Positions 1 through 12,018 of a stretch of 64,000 nt of DNA are shown piece after piece. The notes below the pieces were generated by a model. The model made no database searches. It saw nothing but the letters and a program-made list of their open reading frames with translations, and had not been told where the DNA came from. How positions within the stretch are numbered: the first letter of the stretch is position 1; every line of letters starts with the position of its first letter. The stretch comes from Cenococcum geophilum (Eukaryota): NCBI GenBank assembly GCA_050273025.1, contig CP158636.1, positions 5,704,001 to 5,768,000 on the forward strand, read 5' to 3'. The translations under genes were made by a program, and so were the position numbers.

Positions 1-383
1 ATTAGGATTAAGGAAGGCGACGAATAAAAGGCAGCCTTTAGGTTAAAGGAAGGACTATATAAACTATTAGTTATGCAATTTAGGCTTATAAACGCACTAG
101 CAACGTTCTAGAAGCATATTAATAATATATTAAAAGAACACTTAGATAAATTTGTTATAGTATACCTTAATAATTGTCGGAACATTAATCACGTGACGTA
201 GTCACGGGACTACGAAGCGAGACTAACTGTCTGACCTTGGAGCAACCCCTTTCTTCTAAACAACAATTAACTACTAACTTCAACACCGCATACGTACCAC
301 TATAAGTAATATTCGTGCACGTTAATAAAGCAAGTATACTAACACTGATTAGTAGACGTATAGATTAGGAAATACGTAATAGT

Positions 384-682
384 AAAGCTTAAAACCACGT
401 ATTAGCTTAACTGCTAACGCGTTAAATCACAGAGCTATCGCCCTATTTTAGTTAAAGGAGAAAACTACGTTACCCTCAAAGCTTAAAACCACGTATTAGC
501 TTAACTGCTAACGTATTAGATTGCCTAGAGAACCATATTTTTACTTAGAGAGAGCTACGTTATCCTTAAAGCTTAAGACCACGTATCAGCTCGCTGATAC
601 GTTAAATCGCCTAGAGGACCCTTAAAGCTTAAAACCACGTATCAACTTAACTATTAACGCGTTAGATCGCCTAGAGGACTAT
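384..682 (+). repeat. Four imperfect tandem units in Copia 5' UTR
   Basis: aaagcttaa(a/g)accacgtat.. starts at 384, 478, 568, 624. Confidence 0.85.
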
Positions 683-3600
683 ATCTTTGCTAAGAATCGT
701 CTATAGTGTCTAAGAACTGTAAATTCGTTAATAGGACACGTATATACCTTTACACTCTTACTTTAATACTTAAACGACGACCTACCCTTATACCTACCCT
801 TATACTTATAACTATGGCATAAATAGAGGAAGAATAGGCCGTAATGGCCAGTAAATATAGATACGGAATTAATGCAAATAAGGCTATAAAGGATGAACTA
901 GTAGAGTTTGTATAGACGATAATATACCTAATATAAGACTTTATAGATAATAACTTATAGACCATCTTTTAAGAGCAGTTTAAAGGGTTTATAGTAGAGA
1001 ACTTTAAGAAAATACGCATAGATACCAGATCTAAGCTGCGAAAATATCTCCTTAAAGGAGGTATATACGTAGGCAAACCTAGCAATAGAGTTACTATATC
1101 TGAACTGTTATTTAAAGTTATATAACAAGAAGAGCTGTATTAATAGATAGATGAGGAGATCGTAGTAACTATTAAGGAGTTGGCAGAACCACTAGCTATA
1201 AGAGCACTATAAAATAGGTTAAACCACACTTATAACGGTCTATCGGCTTAGCATACAGCTATAGTTGCAATACCACCTAGGTCTGGTACGCAAATACCCG
1301 TATTTATACCTCCAGCCCTACCACTAACTGCTCCGCCAATTCCACCAGCTACTCTAATTGCTACACCACTAGCTACTCCAATTGCTACCCCCGCTACCCC
1401 TATTACCCCTCTTAGTCCTTAATCCCCTAATTATAAACAAATCCACGCTCTTATTGACTAACTATTATAGCCAAAAGAATAGCAACTACAGCAGCTACAG
1501 CAGCCGCAGTAACTGCAGCAGCTATATATATATACACTACCTAAACTAGCTATACCTAGTGTAGAGCAAGGACCTAAACAAGGACCTATATATAGTAAAG
1601 AGGTGGCCATAATTATAAAGATCTATACAAACGACTAAAAGTACAATAGAGTTAGTGACAGCTTTAACTTTAAGTTAATTATCTTCTACAACATCTATAA
1701 GAGATCTAGCTTGCCACTAGAAGGCTATATAGTAGCATTCCCTAGCATGCTAAAAGGGCTTACTTAGGACCACTACTATAATAACAACCTTAAGTTAAAA
1801 CCTTTTACTAAAGCCTATAACTACATATAACAGTTCTTTAAAGGGCCAGAATACTACCATAAAAACCTTATAGAGTAGAATAGTATAACCCTTTAAGAAG
1901 ATATAGACGAGAACCCTAATAAGTTAATCTATTAGAACTTCCAACTGCTTATAAATAAACTGCTAAAGCAATATTATAGACTACACCTAGACTTCTATAC
2001 AAACCGCATTCTTATAAATAAGTTAGTTACCACTTACTAGGGAGTACCAGCATGCCATATCACTGTCTCTAACCCCTTAGAAAACCTTTCTTAGTTAATT
2101 AACAAGCTATAATCCTCTATTATTACATAGGAAAAAGAACACCCCTTATAGGCCTTAATAAGACCGTCTTACTAAGCCTTTTTTACGGATTGACGCTACT
2201 ATTAGAATGACTAAAGTTGAGACCAAAACACTAATCGCTACGGCAGCAATCACTCTTATAGAACCAATAGCAGACTAAAGGCCAAGTGCTATATCTGTAA
2301 GATGGAGGACTGCCGTTCGTGAAAATATATAAAGAAGGAGCGTAATTAGTCCAGAGATAACTATAAGAGACGCTTTATTAATATTAAGGGCCGCAATAAG
2401 GGCAACTTTAATAACTACTTTAAGTAATACGTCGCTGCTTACAAAAAAGATTAAGATAATAATTTAGACTTTAAAGCCTATATATAAGACGCTAACAACT
2501 CTAGAAGCGATGCTAGAGAACCTAACAATAGTTCTACCTATATCACTACCTTTAGAACACTTACTATAGAGGAAGTAACCTCTATAAGCGTAGAGCTAGC
2601 TAATAAGGCTTATATATACCTGCTTATGGCTTTAGAACTTACCACGGAGTCTACTACAGAACCTTATATAAAGACCGACCCATTTGCCTATAGTACGGCT
2701 ATAGCTATAGCGTTATAATACACCTTAATGGTCTTTATAGGAATTATAATCGATACAGGTGCTTCGCGCAAGTCTATAGCTAGCTATAGTTAATTCTAAG
2801 CTCTATAGGCCGTAGATAAGTCTATAAGTCTTAACACGTTAACTAAGGGCTAAGTAACTATCTAATTTAGGATTGGAGCCTCTACGTCTATCAGAACTAT
2901 AGACGTTAATAGCCCTATAGGTAAGGTATAATTCTACATCGTTAAAGCAGATACTTCTTTCCTACTTTGCTTAGCAGATATAGATAGACTCTATATCAAA
3001 TACAATAACCTAAAAGACGTCATCATCACTTGCACTAAAAAGGTGCCAGTAGTCAGACGATTTAGCCACCCATTTCTCCTATAGAGCTTCTCCCTACAGT
3101 TTTATTTAGTTAAGTCTTTTAATATAAACCCTTACTACTTAACTAACGTAGAACTACGACGTCTACACCGTCAATTTAGTTACCTATTAGTTAATAGACT
3201 ATAAAAGCTTCTTAATAAGGCTGGCTATAGCTACGACACTAATAGATCTGCTATTAAAGAACTAACTAGACTCTGCCACCACTGCCAAAAGTTTAGTAAA
3301 CCCCTAGGTAGATTTTACTTCACCTTATAAGACGACATTAATTTCAATTATAATATCATAGTTAACATTATATATATTAGCGGCTCCCCCCTACTATACG
3401 TAGTTGACAAAGCAACTTAATTTTAAGCTAGCAGATAGCTACGAGATATTAGCGCCAAGCACACTTAGGACGTTCTTTAAATGTGCTAGATAAACAGCTA
3501 TTTAGGACTACCAGACTTAATTACTACAGATGCTAGAAAGAACTTTATTAGTAAGGAGTTTAAGCACTATATAGCTACTATAGGAGCAACCATAAAGTCG

Positions 3601-6005
3601 GTTCTAGTCAAATCACATAATTCTATTAGAATGGTAGAACGCTACCACGGCCCGCTACGACGAGCTTACCAAATCATTACAACTAAAATCCCTGAAATTA
3701 GTAAGGAGATAGCCCTACAAATGGCCTTCAAAGCCATTAATAACACGGCTGGCCTAGAAGACCTAGTCCCTATACTCCTAGTCTTTAGAGCCTACCCCCA
3801 AATAGTCGAATTAGATATACTATTACCTTCAGTTACACAACAAGCTGCGGCTATTAAGAAAGCAATAGTGGAAATCTAGAAGCTATAAGCTAAACAACAG
3901 ATTGCTAACGCTCTTAATATACGAAATGGACCATAAATTAACACTATTTACGGCCTTCCACCTAGTTCGCCTGTCTTAGTCTAGAGAGAAGGTAATACTA
4001 GCTAAAGTGGTTATTGGGACGGACTATATATACTACTTACCGTTAACGGCGAGACCTACACCGTAAAGCTACTAAATAGGCCTATAACCTTCCGCTTTAT
4101 GGTTGTAAAATCTTACCTACTAAACCTATAAGACCTAGTTAAACCACAAAAGTCTATCAAATTAGATAAACCAGTACCTTTACCAGCCGAACCTTAATTA
4201 TTACCTAAGGCTGAACTACAGCTACCGCCAAAGCAAGATAGAGGTCGCCCCTATAAATACCTATTACTTACGGCTGTTGCAAACACAACTGTTACGGATG
4301 CTACGATAGATATAGACGCTTTTACAGGACGATAATACCGCAGATACGGCTAGCACTACTATTTACTTATAAAACGATAGCAACACCCAATTTAGCGCTT
4401 TATAATAAAAGGAGGTTACAGGCCTACTCAAGAAAGGCGTCTTTAAGATCATTAAACTATACAATATACTAAAGGGGGTCAGACTCTTTAATTCACGGTT
4501 TATTAATAAGATTAAGAATAAGGGAACTAATAAAGCCTTTAAGAAATCACGACTTATTATATAGGCCTATAATAACTTAGAGAAAGAGCTGGTCCTTACT
4601 TAGTCACTAACAATTTAACGAGTTAGCCAGCGGCTAATTCTCTATATTGCTGCTATGCTACTATAGACATAACTCTACCTCTAAGATATCTTATAAGCTT
4701 ATGTCCAGTCTACTACGAACCTAAACCGCGAGTTCTACGTACGACCACTACACAAGCTAAATAAACAATTGGGAATTAATACGGACTCCGTTCTAAAGGT
4801 TATAAAGCCACTTTATAGAGTACCTAAAGCTAGAAACCACTGGTTTAAGACCTACTATTTATACTACGTTAATTAGCTGTGAATAGACTAGTTTATATAC
4901 AACCCTTGCTTACTCTATAGCGACAAGCCTTTCGGAATCGTCGGCCTATAGACTAACAATATACTATTCCTCGCAGATAATACCTTTACAGAGGCTAAAT
5001 AAAGCAAACTATATAAGGCCAAATTTATGGCTAAGGAGTGAGAGTAATTAACCGCTAATATACTAATTAAGTTTAACGGAGGACTTATTTAATTAACATA
5101 AGATAGGAGTATTACGCTAATATAAAAGCGCTAATGTAAGAACCTTAGTGTAGTTAACACTACGCTAGTAAACAGCACTAGCTCTAGAGGAGTTACGCGT
5201 GGCCTACTTACGCCAAAGGACTAGTATATCGCTTGACGCGCTAGAGGAGCCTATATTGCCTTAGTCTGTCAGCTAAAGGCCTTATTTAACCTATCCTTTA
5301 CTACCTAGGTAATTAACCTAGTTAAAGATAATATAAAGAGTCTTAATAAGTAATTAAGCTAGTAGATTAAGAATATAAATAGAGGCCTAAAGTTTATTAA
5401 GCTAGACGTTAATACCTTATAACTCCTGGTATTTATAGACGCTTCCTTCGCCAATAATAAGGACTTATCTTTGCAAATTGGCTATATACTTATACTAGTA
5501 GACGCCTTAAATAAGGTAAATATTGTCTATTGGTTCTTAATTAAGTGCAAAAGAGTTACTAGGAGTGTATTAGCCTTAAAGTTATACGGCATAGCGCATG
5601 GTTTCGATATAGGCGCTATAATTAAATCCACGCTAGACAAGGTCTTACAGGTCAACTTGCCACTCGTTCTCTATACTAATTTAAAGTCTTTATATAACTG
5701 TCTTATCCGACTAGGAACTACGTAAGAGAAACGCTTAATAATTAATGTAATATGCCTTCGCCAAGCTTATAAACGAAGATAGATTACTAAAGTTAAGTAG
5801 ATTAATAGAGATACTAACCCTACGGACGCTATAATAAAGGGTAAGCCCTATACGGCACTATTATAGCTTATTAATACGAATTGAGTTGAATTACGGGCCG
5901 TAGGGTAGGTTAAGCGAACGGATTCAACTTTGGTTTAGCGTTAGCGCTAGTACTAAGCAAGCTAATAGCGATTTTCCATCCCGGGGATGGAAAATCCTAA
6001 TTAGT

Positions 6006-6133
6006 TGGCAGAAGTTAGGTTTGGCAGAATTTAGTAGAATTCGGTAATATAGCAGAATTTAGCAGAATTCGGTATTATAGCAGAATTTAGCAGAATTCGG
6101 TAACATGGCAGAATTTAGCAGAATTTGGCAGAA
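6006..6133 (+). repeat. (G/A)GCAGAATT tandem repeats in Copia 3' UTR
   Basis: Recurrent gcagaattt / gcagaattcggtaa units. Confidence 0.85.
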
Positions 6134-8699
6134 AGTCGCTATTGCGTATACGTTACGAGTAGTCTAAAAGACTTAACTTTAGAGTATAGATTTGCCTTCT
6201 TTTTAGAGTTGCTCCAGTGTTAGAACATTAATTACGTGACATAGTCACGGGACTATAAAGCAAGACTAACTGTCTAACCTTAGAGCAACCCCTTTCTTCT
6301 AGACAACAATCAACTACCAACTTCAACACCGCATACGTACCACTACGAGTGATATTCGTGCACGTTGATAAAGCGAGTATACCGACAATAATATTATTAT
6401 CTACTTAATAACTAAGGAAGAATACGGGGAATATGTTAAATGGGTCTTAAAGAGACTATAAGAAGAACAAATGCTAGTAGCAATTAAGAAATGCGAGTTC
6501 TTTATAAGGAAGACCGATTTCGTTAGATTTATTATTAAACTAGGCTAATTTAGTATAGATCTAAAGAAGATCGAGGCTATAGTAAATTGGCAAGAACTAG
6601 AGAACGTTATATAGTTAAGATCGTTTCTAGGGTTTTGCAATTACTGTAGAAGGTTTATAGCGTAATAGTTAAAGGATATTAAACTATTTACGCGGTTAAT
6701 AAAAAAAGAAGAACTATAGGTATAGGGGAAGGAATAGTAAAAACTATTTAGGAAAGTTAAGGGATTGTTTACCTAGGAGCTAGTTCTTAAGATCTATTAA
6801 CTAGGACTAAAAACGGTTATAAAAACGGATGTATTAGACTATATACTAGGGGTATACTTTATATAGAAATATTAAGATAAATAGCACCTAGTGGCATACT
6901 ATAGTCGGAAGATAATACCACTAGAGTTAAACTATAACATCTATAATAAGGAGTTATTAGGTATAGTTACTGCACTTAAGAAATAGAGAGCATTCTTATA
7001 AGGTATAGAGAAACTATTTATAGTTAAGACGGATTATAAGAACCTAATAGGATTCCTAATAACAAAGGAACTTAACTAAAAATAGGTTAGATGGGCAAAA
7101 ATACTTATAGAATACTATTTTAAGATTTAGTATATTAAGGGTATAGACAATATACAAGTAGATGCTCTAAGTTAAAAGGCTAAACTATAAAACGATAAGA
7201 AGCCATTAGGGGCTTTACTGCGAAAAGATATAGATAGATTAATTAGGTATAATTATCTAAAGATTATAGCAACTTAGGAAGAACTAGAAAAAGTCTATAA
7301 GATATTAGAAAGCTTTTAGGTATAAAGAATTCTAGAAGCATAGCTAGAAGATCTATAGACGGATATATACGAAAATCAAGAAGTAAAATATATCCTAAAA
7401 AGTATAGCTAAGTAATTTATGGAAGAGTTCTATAGGGGATTAACTTAAGGACATAATAGAGCTACGGGCTTAGTGTTATAACTTTAAGAGGAGTATATTA
7501 TTAACGGAATTTAGAATATTATAAGAAAAGTAATAAAAGAGTGTTTAGATTGCTAAAGGAATAAATTAATAAGGTATAAGCTATATGGAGGGCTATAACC
7601 TATTAGAATACTAGAAAGACTATAGGAGGTTATATTATAGGACTTTATTATTAAGTTACTAAAGTTAAGAGATCCTATTACTGGACAAGATTATAATATA
7701 ATCTTAGTAATAGTAGATAAGCTTACGAAGTGGGGATACTTTATAGCATGCATAGAAGAAATATTAGTGGAAGATGTCGCTAGAATCTACATTAAAGAAG
7801 TGTTTATAAGATATAGAGTATTAAATAAGATTATATTGGATAAAGATTTAAGATTTATAGCAGCATTCTAAAAAGTGTTCTTAGTAGAGTAAGGGGTTTA
7901 AGTAGCAACTTCTACAGTATATTATCCGCAGACAGACGGTTAAACGGAAAGATTAAATTAGACGCTAGAATAGTATCTAAGGCATTATGTTAATTATATA
8001 CAGAACAATTGGGTATTGCTATTACTAGTTATATAGTTTATATATAATGCAACACCTTAAGAAGGAATAGGCATATTACTATTTAAGGCAAATTATAAAT
8101 ATAAGCTAAGAATATCGTTATTACTATAATAAGTAAAGAAAATAAGTAGTATAGCTAAAGAAAGAATAAAGACGTTAATAAATCTTTATATAGACCTTAT
8201 AGAATTAGTAAAGAAAGTATAAGAGATAATAAAAAGGTACTATAATGCTAAGAGATCTAAGGGACTAGATCTTAAGGAGGGAGATAAAGTATAGCTACTA
8301 TATAAAAATTTCAAGAGTCGACAACTAAGTAAAAAGTTAAACTACGTTAGACTAAGACCTTTTGAAATTATATAGAGGATTTTACCGGTTATGTTTAAGT
8401 TAAACCTACTAGCTAAAATGAAGATTTACCCTATATAGTATATCGCGATGCTAGAGCTAGTATATAGGAATATTAAGCCACCGGTTTATAAAGCAGACAC
8501 GTATAAAGGATAGGAAGAAGATAAATAGTAAGTTTTAAAGATTATTAGTTATAAGGACATTAAGGATAAAATATAGTATAAGGTTAAGTAGATAGGCTAC
8601 ACTAAAACTACCTAGGAGCTATTAGAAAATTTAAAAAACGCTATAGAAAAGGTATAGAAGTATTAGAAGAAATTAGGTTAGGTAATATTAATAAAAAAG

Positions 8700-9292
8700 G
8701 ATCGCTAAAGAACGAGTTACCTAAGGGGGACTTAAGAAGAGCAGTTGCCGAACTACTTAGATCTATTTCCTTCTCTATTAAAAGAGAATCCGTTCTTTTA
8801 TTGCTAAGTTCCTATAAACCTTATTCTATAAGTTTTTACTCCTTAAAACGGACCTTTTTATAAACCTTCTTAAGACGGAGTAACTAAGTAGATACCATAA
8901 TCTAAGTATCTAGGGCCTTTTATTCCGCGTTATAAGAACATTTTAACTTAATAAGGGCTTAAGACAGTTTACTATCTAGCCGCGTAGTAGTAGATTAAAC
9001 ATAAGACCCTAAGATAAATTAATTAGGGAACTAGACAACTATTAAGAGTAATAGGTCGCGTATATTTAGTATTAGAGGTAGAGCAAACATTATAGGACGG
9101 ATAAATATTTGCTTTAGTGCACTTTAAATAAGAGGACGGTTATTATAAAGATATACTCGCTAATATAATATAGACTAGCCCCTCTTTTAAACAATAAGAA
9201 TACGGAGATGGTATAATCTTACTAAAAGATAATATCGCAGCAATAATACGAGCACGACGTTAGGCGTATAAAGAAGAAATTGCTTTAGGTAT
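8700..9292 (-). pseudogene. RIP-killed two-exon antisense gene inside Gypsy: Zn2Cys6-like domain plus coiled coil
   Basis: De-RIPed C-x2-C-x6-C-x13-C-x2-C-x8-C; 55-nt intron 9063-9009; exon 2 reads ..RLLRLEKV.EKVR.KE.KLVEQGL.EL; 3' end approximate. Confidence 0.7.
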
Positions 9293-9825
9293 AATAAGTA
9301 ATAATATTAACCAAATTAATTAAACGGATATTACACCTCTAATAAACAACTTAGAGATATTAGGAATCTTTAAGGATAAAGATAAAAAGGAGGGAGATAG
9401 TGTTACGGACGCTTTAAGTACAATATTATAACTACTTAGAGAAGAGACGGAAGAAGCTAGTTAGTTAATATAAGCACGGTCCAAGATAGAGCCAATAGAA
9501 CTATATAATAAGGAATAGTAACTAAGGTTATATAACGTGCTATATATTAAACAAGAGGTATAGAAGGAACTTACGTACTTTATATATAAGACGTATATTA
9601 CGTATAAGAAGGATTTTATAGGAGTACGGTTGTGTATTTAAGGACCCTTAGTCCCTACCTAGATAGTTCCTTCCTTATAGTAATTCTTAGAATATAATTG
9701 GAGTTAATCTATTAGGCAACCACTCCACCAGTTATTATTACGTTGTTAACTACTGTCTTTGCATTTCCTATACACCTAGCCTATTAACGAGCCTATCGTA
9801 GTTCCTGCTATAAGGTTCCGTTATA

Positions 9826-10850
9826 CCTAGCATCCTAAAGCCCGTCTCCTAGTACTAAGTAATTGCCTTTTTTAGCCCTTTAACGTTATAGCCGCTAGTA
9901 ATTATAAATAGGCCTTAATTAATAAAGTTAACGCATTAAATACGGTCCTTATTGCGATAGACGCTGTCTAGTATTGCTAAGAGCTTCGCCCCCTATAGTG
10001 GCTAAGAGGCCTTACCTTTTAACTACTATATATAAAGCTTGGTAATAGTAGAGATATAGCTATTTATAACTAAGTATTAGACTATCTCGTTAAATAGGGC
10101 GTCTAGGGCCTCCTTATCCTATATCTCCCCTTTCTCCTTTATAGCTTCCTCCTCTACGGATATAGCTGCCCCTACAGTTACCTTCCCCCCTAGCTACTCT
10201 CCTAGCCAGCTAGCTGTCTTCTACCTCTTCTTTACCCGCTCGCTATCTTTCTATATCTCTTTCTATTTTAACTTCCGTTTTTAATAGCTAGTAGCCCGCG
10301 ATTCTTAGTTAATAATTTACTACTCTAAAAATAAGCAAAGCTTATCTTCTATTACCTAGGCGCCGTCTATATTACCTTCTAGTCTTATATACTAATCTTC
10401 CCACTCTTTTTACTTTAGCTTATACGCCCTTATAGTATTCTTTAAGCGCTAGGCCTTATAAATATTCTATAGCCGTACTATCTGGGCCTTAAATTCGCTC
10501 TAGAGGCTATAGGGTAGGGGGGCTAGGGGGGCTTCTGTTGACCGTAAAGTGGACCATAGGGTAAGGGGATTCTTAAAAGATTCTATATCCGTAAAAGGTA
10601 AGGGAGGGGCGTATAAGCGCGGCGTGGGTAAATAAAGTTACTAAACGCGTAAATATTAAAGGGGAAGAAGAAGAGGGCTCTATATTATATAATTAGAATT
10701 ACGGTAGGCCTTTCTATATAAAATTAGAAGCCCCGCGTAAGCTAGCGCGGGCACAAGAATAGGAGAGGGTTGGAAAATAGATTATTAAGGCGACGTTAAG
10801 GTCAAAGGCGCGCTAAGGCCCTCTATACTAACCTAGTACCAACCTAGGCC
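9826..10850 (-). mobile_element. RIP-degenerate Crypton-like (tyrosine recombinase/Ndc10-related) transposon, N-terminal part
   Basis: De-RIPed minus strand: R.KNT.RAY..K.KEWEDW..VTEDKLCLFL; FNETVRYS.VNSYISAITELY; VNFIDRGLFTI..GY; cut at the Gypsy 3' LTR. Confidence 0.65.
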
Positions 10851-11328
10851 TTAAAAACGCGTCCAAAAAGTAGGGGCCACCACCAAAGGGGGTAATATTT
10901 AAACGATATGTCGCGGACCTTGGGGGTTCGTGCGTAACCCGAGGTTATGCCAAGCCTAACCTGGACCTCCGATACCTATATAGCTGTATAAAATAGCAGA
11001 ATACTACTATATTTATATAAATATTTAATATACTAAATATTAACACTTTTCATATTGATATTGAATATTGAACGCCAATACGCAATATTTAATAATTGTT
11101 AATCAATATTAAATACGGATAAGAACATTGATTAGACGTAGTTCTAGCATGGTTGTTTATAAAACTTGAAGACGCATTTTAAATGACTACAATACATATC
11201 AACAACTCTTCCCCCCTTTGGTTCAATAATAGCACTGGATCTTTGAGTGTAATTCATTGAGGTTGTCATAGTCCGCATTGGAAGGCTGGTAGCAACCAGA
11301 AGATAACAGTGCAGTTCAGGGCGTCGGC

Positions 11329-12018
11329 TTAAAGTGTTGGTGGCGCGGAATCCTTCAATGCCACCGGCACAGCGCTACTGTCAGTTTCGCCAGTCTGGTT
11401 CCACATCAGCGACCAGATTCCGGAGGATGCTGTGGGCTTGGCATAGAACAAAGCCTCCCACCCCCCCGAGGATGCCACCAAGAATGTGACGTGGCCGTAA
11501 AAGGCGAAACCAGATGATATTTGATCCGAAGTGGCATTTGAAGTGAAGCCTACTTGGTGAGATGACGCTTCAGGACTGGGCACATAGAATGATGCATCCG
11601 CCCAGGTTGCGTTGGAAGAAGTTGTAGTGTTGGGGTTAGCAATCCAACCAACAGAGTCATTGGGATTTTTAGTTACTATAAGATTTCGAATCAATATAGA
11701 ACTCAATAGCTTAATAATTTATATTCTGAGGATATACATACAAGTTATGTTGGCCGAGGAAGAGGCGTTTGGTGGGGGTCCATGTCCAATGTAGGCATTG
11801 CCTATGTGTGATTAGTTGGGTGTTGTAATGTGTAGGTAGAAGTTCTATCTTGGCGTACCGTCAGAATAGAATACTGGAAGTCCGCCGATACCGCTGCCGT
11901 AGGCGTAGAGGCCGAATGAATCGGATGAGGTGGCGCGAGCCAAAAGTGGAGACGCAGAAGCAAGAACACTTGCAGCAAGGAGAAGAAAGCCGATAACGGG
12001 CGAAGTTGTTACGAACAT
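11329..12018 (-). CDS. Small secreted protein of unknown function, 3 exons (12018-11859, 11801-11742, 11675-11329)
   Basis: Signal-like MFVTTSPVIGFLLLAASVLA, motif FGLYAYGSGIGGLPVFYSDG, two GT-AG introns that keep the frame. Confidence 0.85.

Larger units (their letters stand above)
175..6387 (+). mobile_element. Complete RIP-degenerate Ty1/Copia element, GalEa-like
   Basis: 170-bp LTRs 175-344 and 6218-6387 (TG...CA), TSD ataat 170-174/6388-6392; integrase (VERYHGPLRRAY, 3631) precedes RT (DISQAYVQS, KPLYGVPEAGNHW, VGLQTDD ~4950) and RNaseH (DASFANNKD, EKRLMID, NPADAMTK). Confidence 0.95.
1..9825 (+). mobile_element. RIP-degenerate Ty3/Gypsy chromovirus (5' part outside window): RT, RNaseH, integrase, chromodomain, PPT, 3' LTR 9401-9825; interrupted by Copia 175-6387
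   Basis: De-RIPed reading: MQFGLTNAPATFQ..VYLDD (1-174) continuing IIIYS (6393); YYSRKM..ELNYDIHDKELL (~6900); TAYHPQTDGQTERLNQTLE (~7915); chromodomain WYKVKW.GY..TWEP.ENL (~8575); PPT aaaaaggagggagatag then tgttacgga...tccgttata. Confidence 0.93.

Noticed and set aside
384..682. CRISPR-like repeat-spacer array
   Set aside because: Eukaryotic TE leader; intervening sequences are homologous, not unique spacers
750..965. Minus-strand ORFs in RIPed DNA (also 54011-54199)
   Set aside because: Chance Ile/Tyr/Leu-rich frames antisense to TE genes
10909..10969. Short TG-starting segment flanked by cgata repeats (mini-LTR?)
   Set aside because: No CA end and too short; the 5-bp match could be chance
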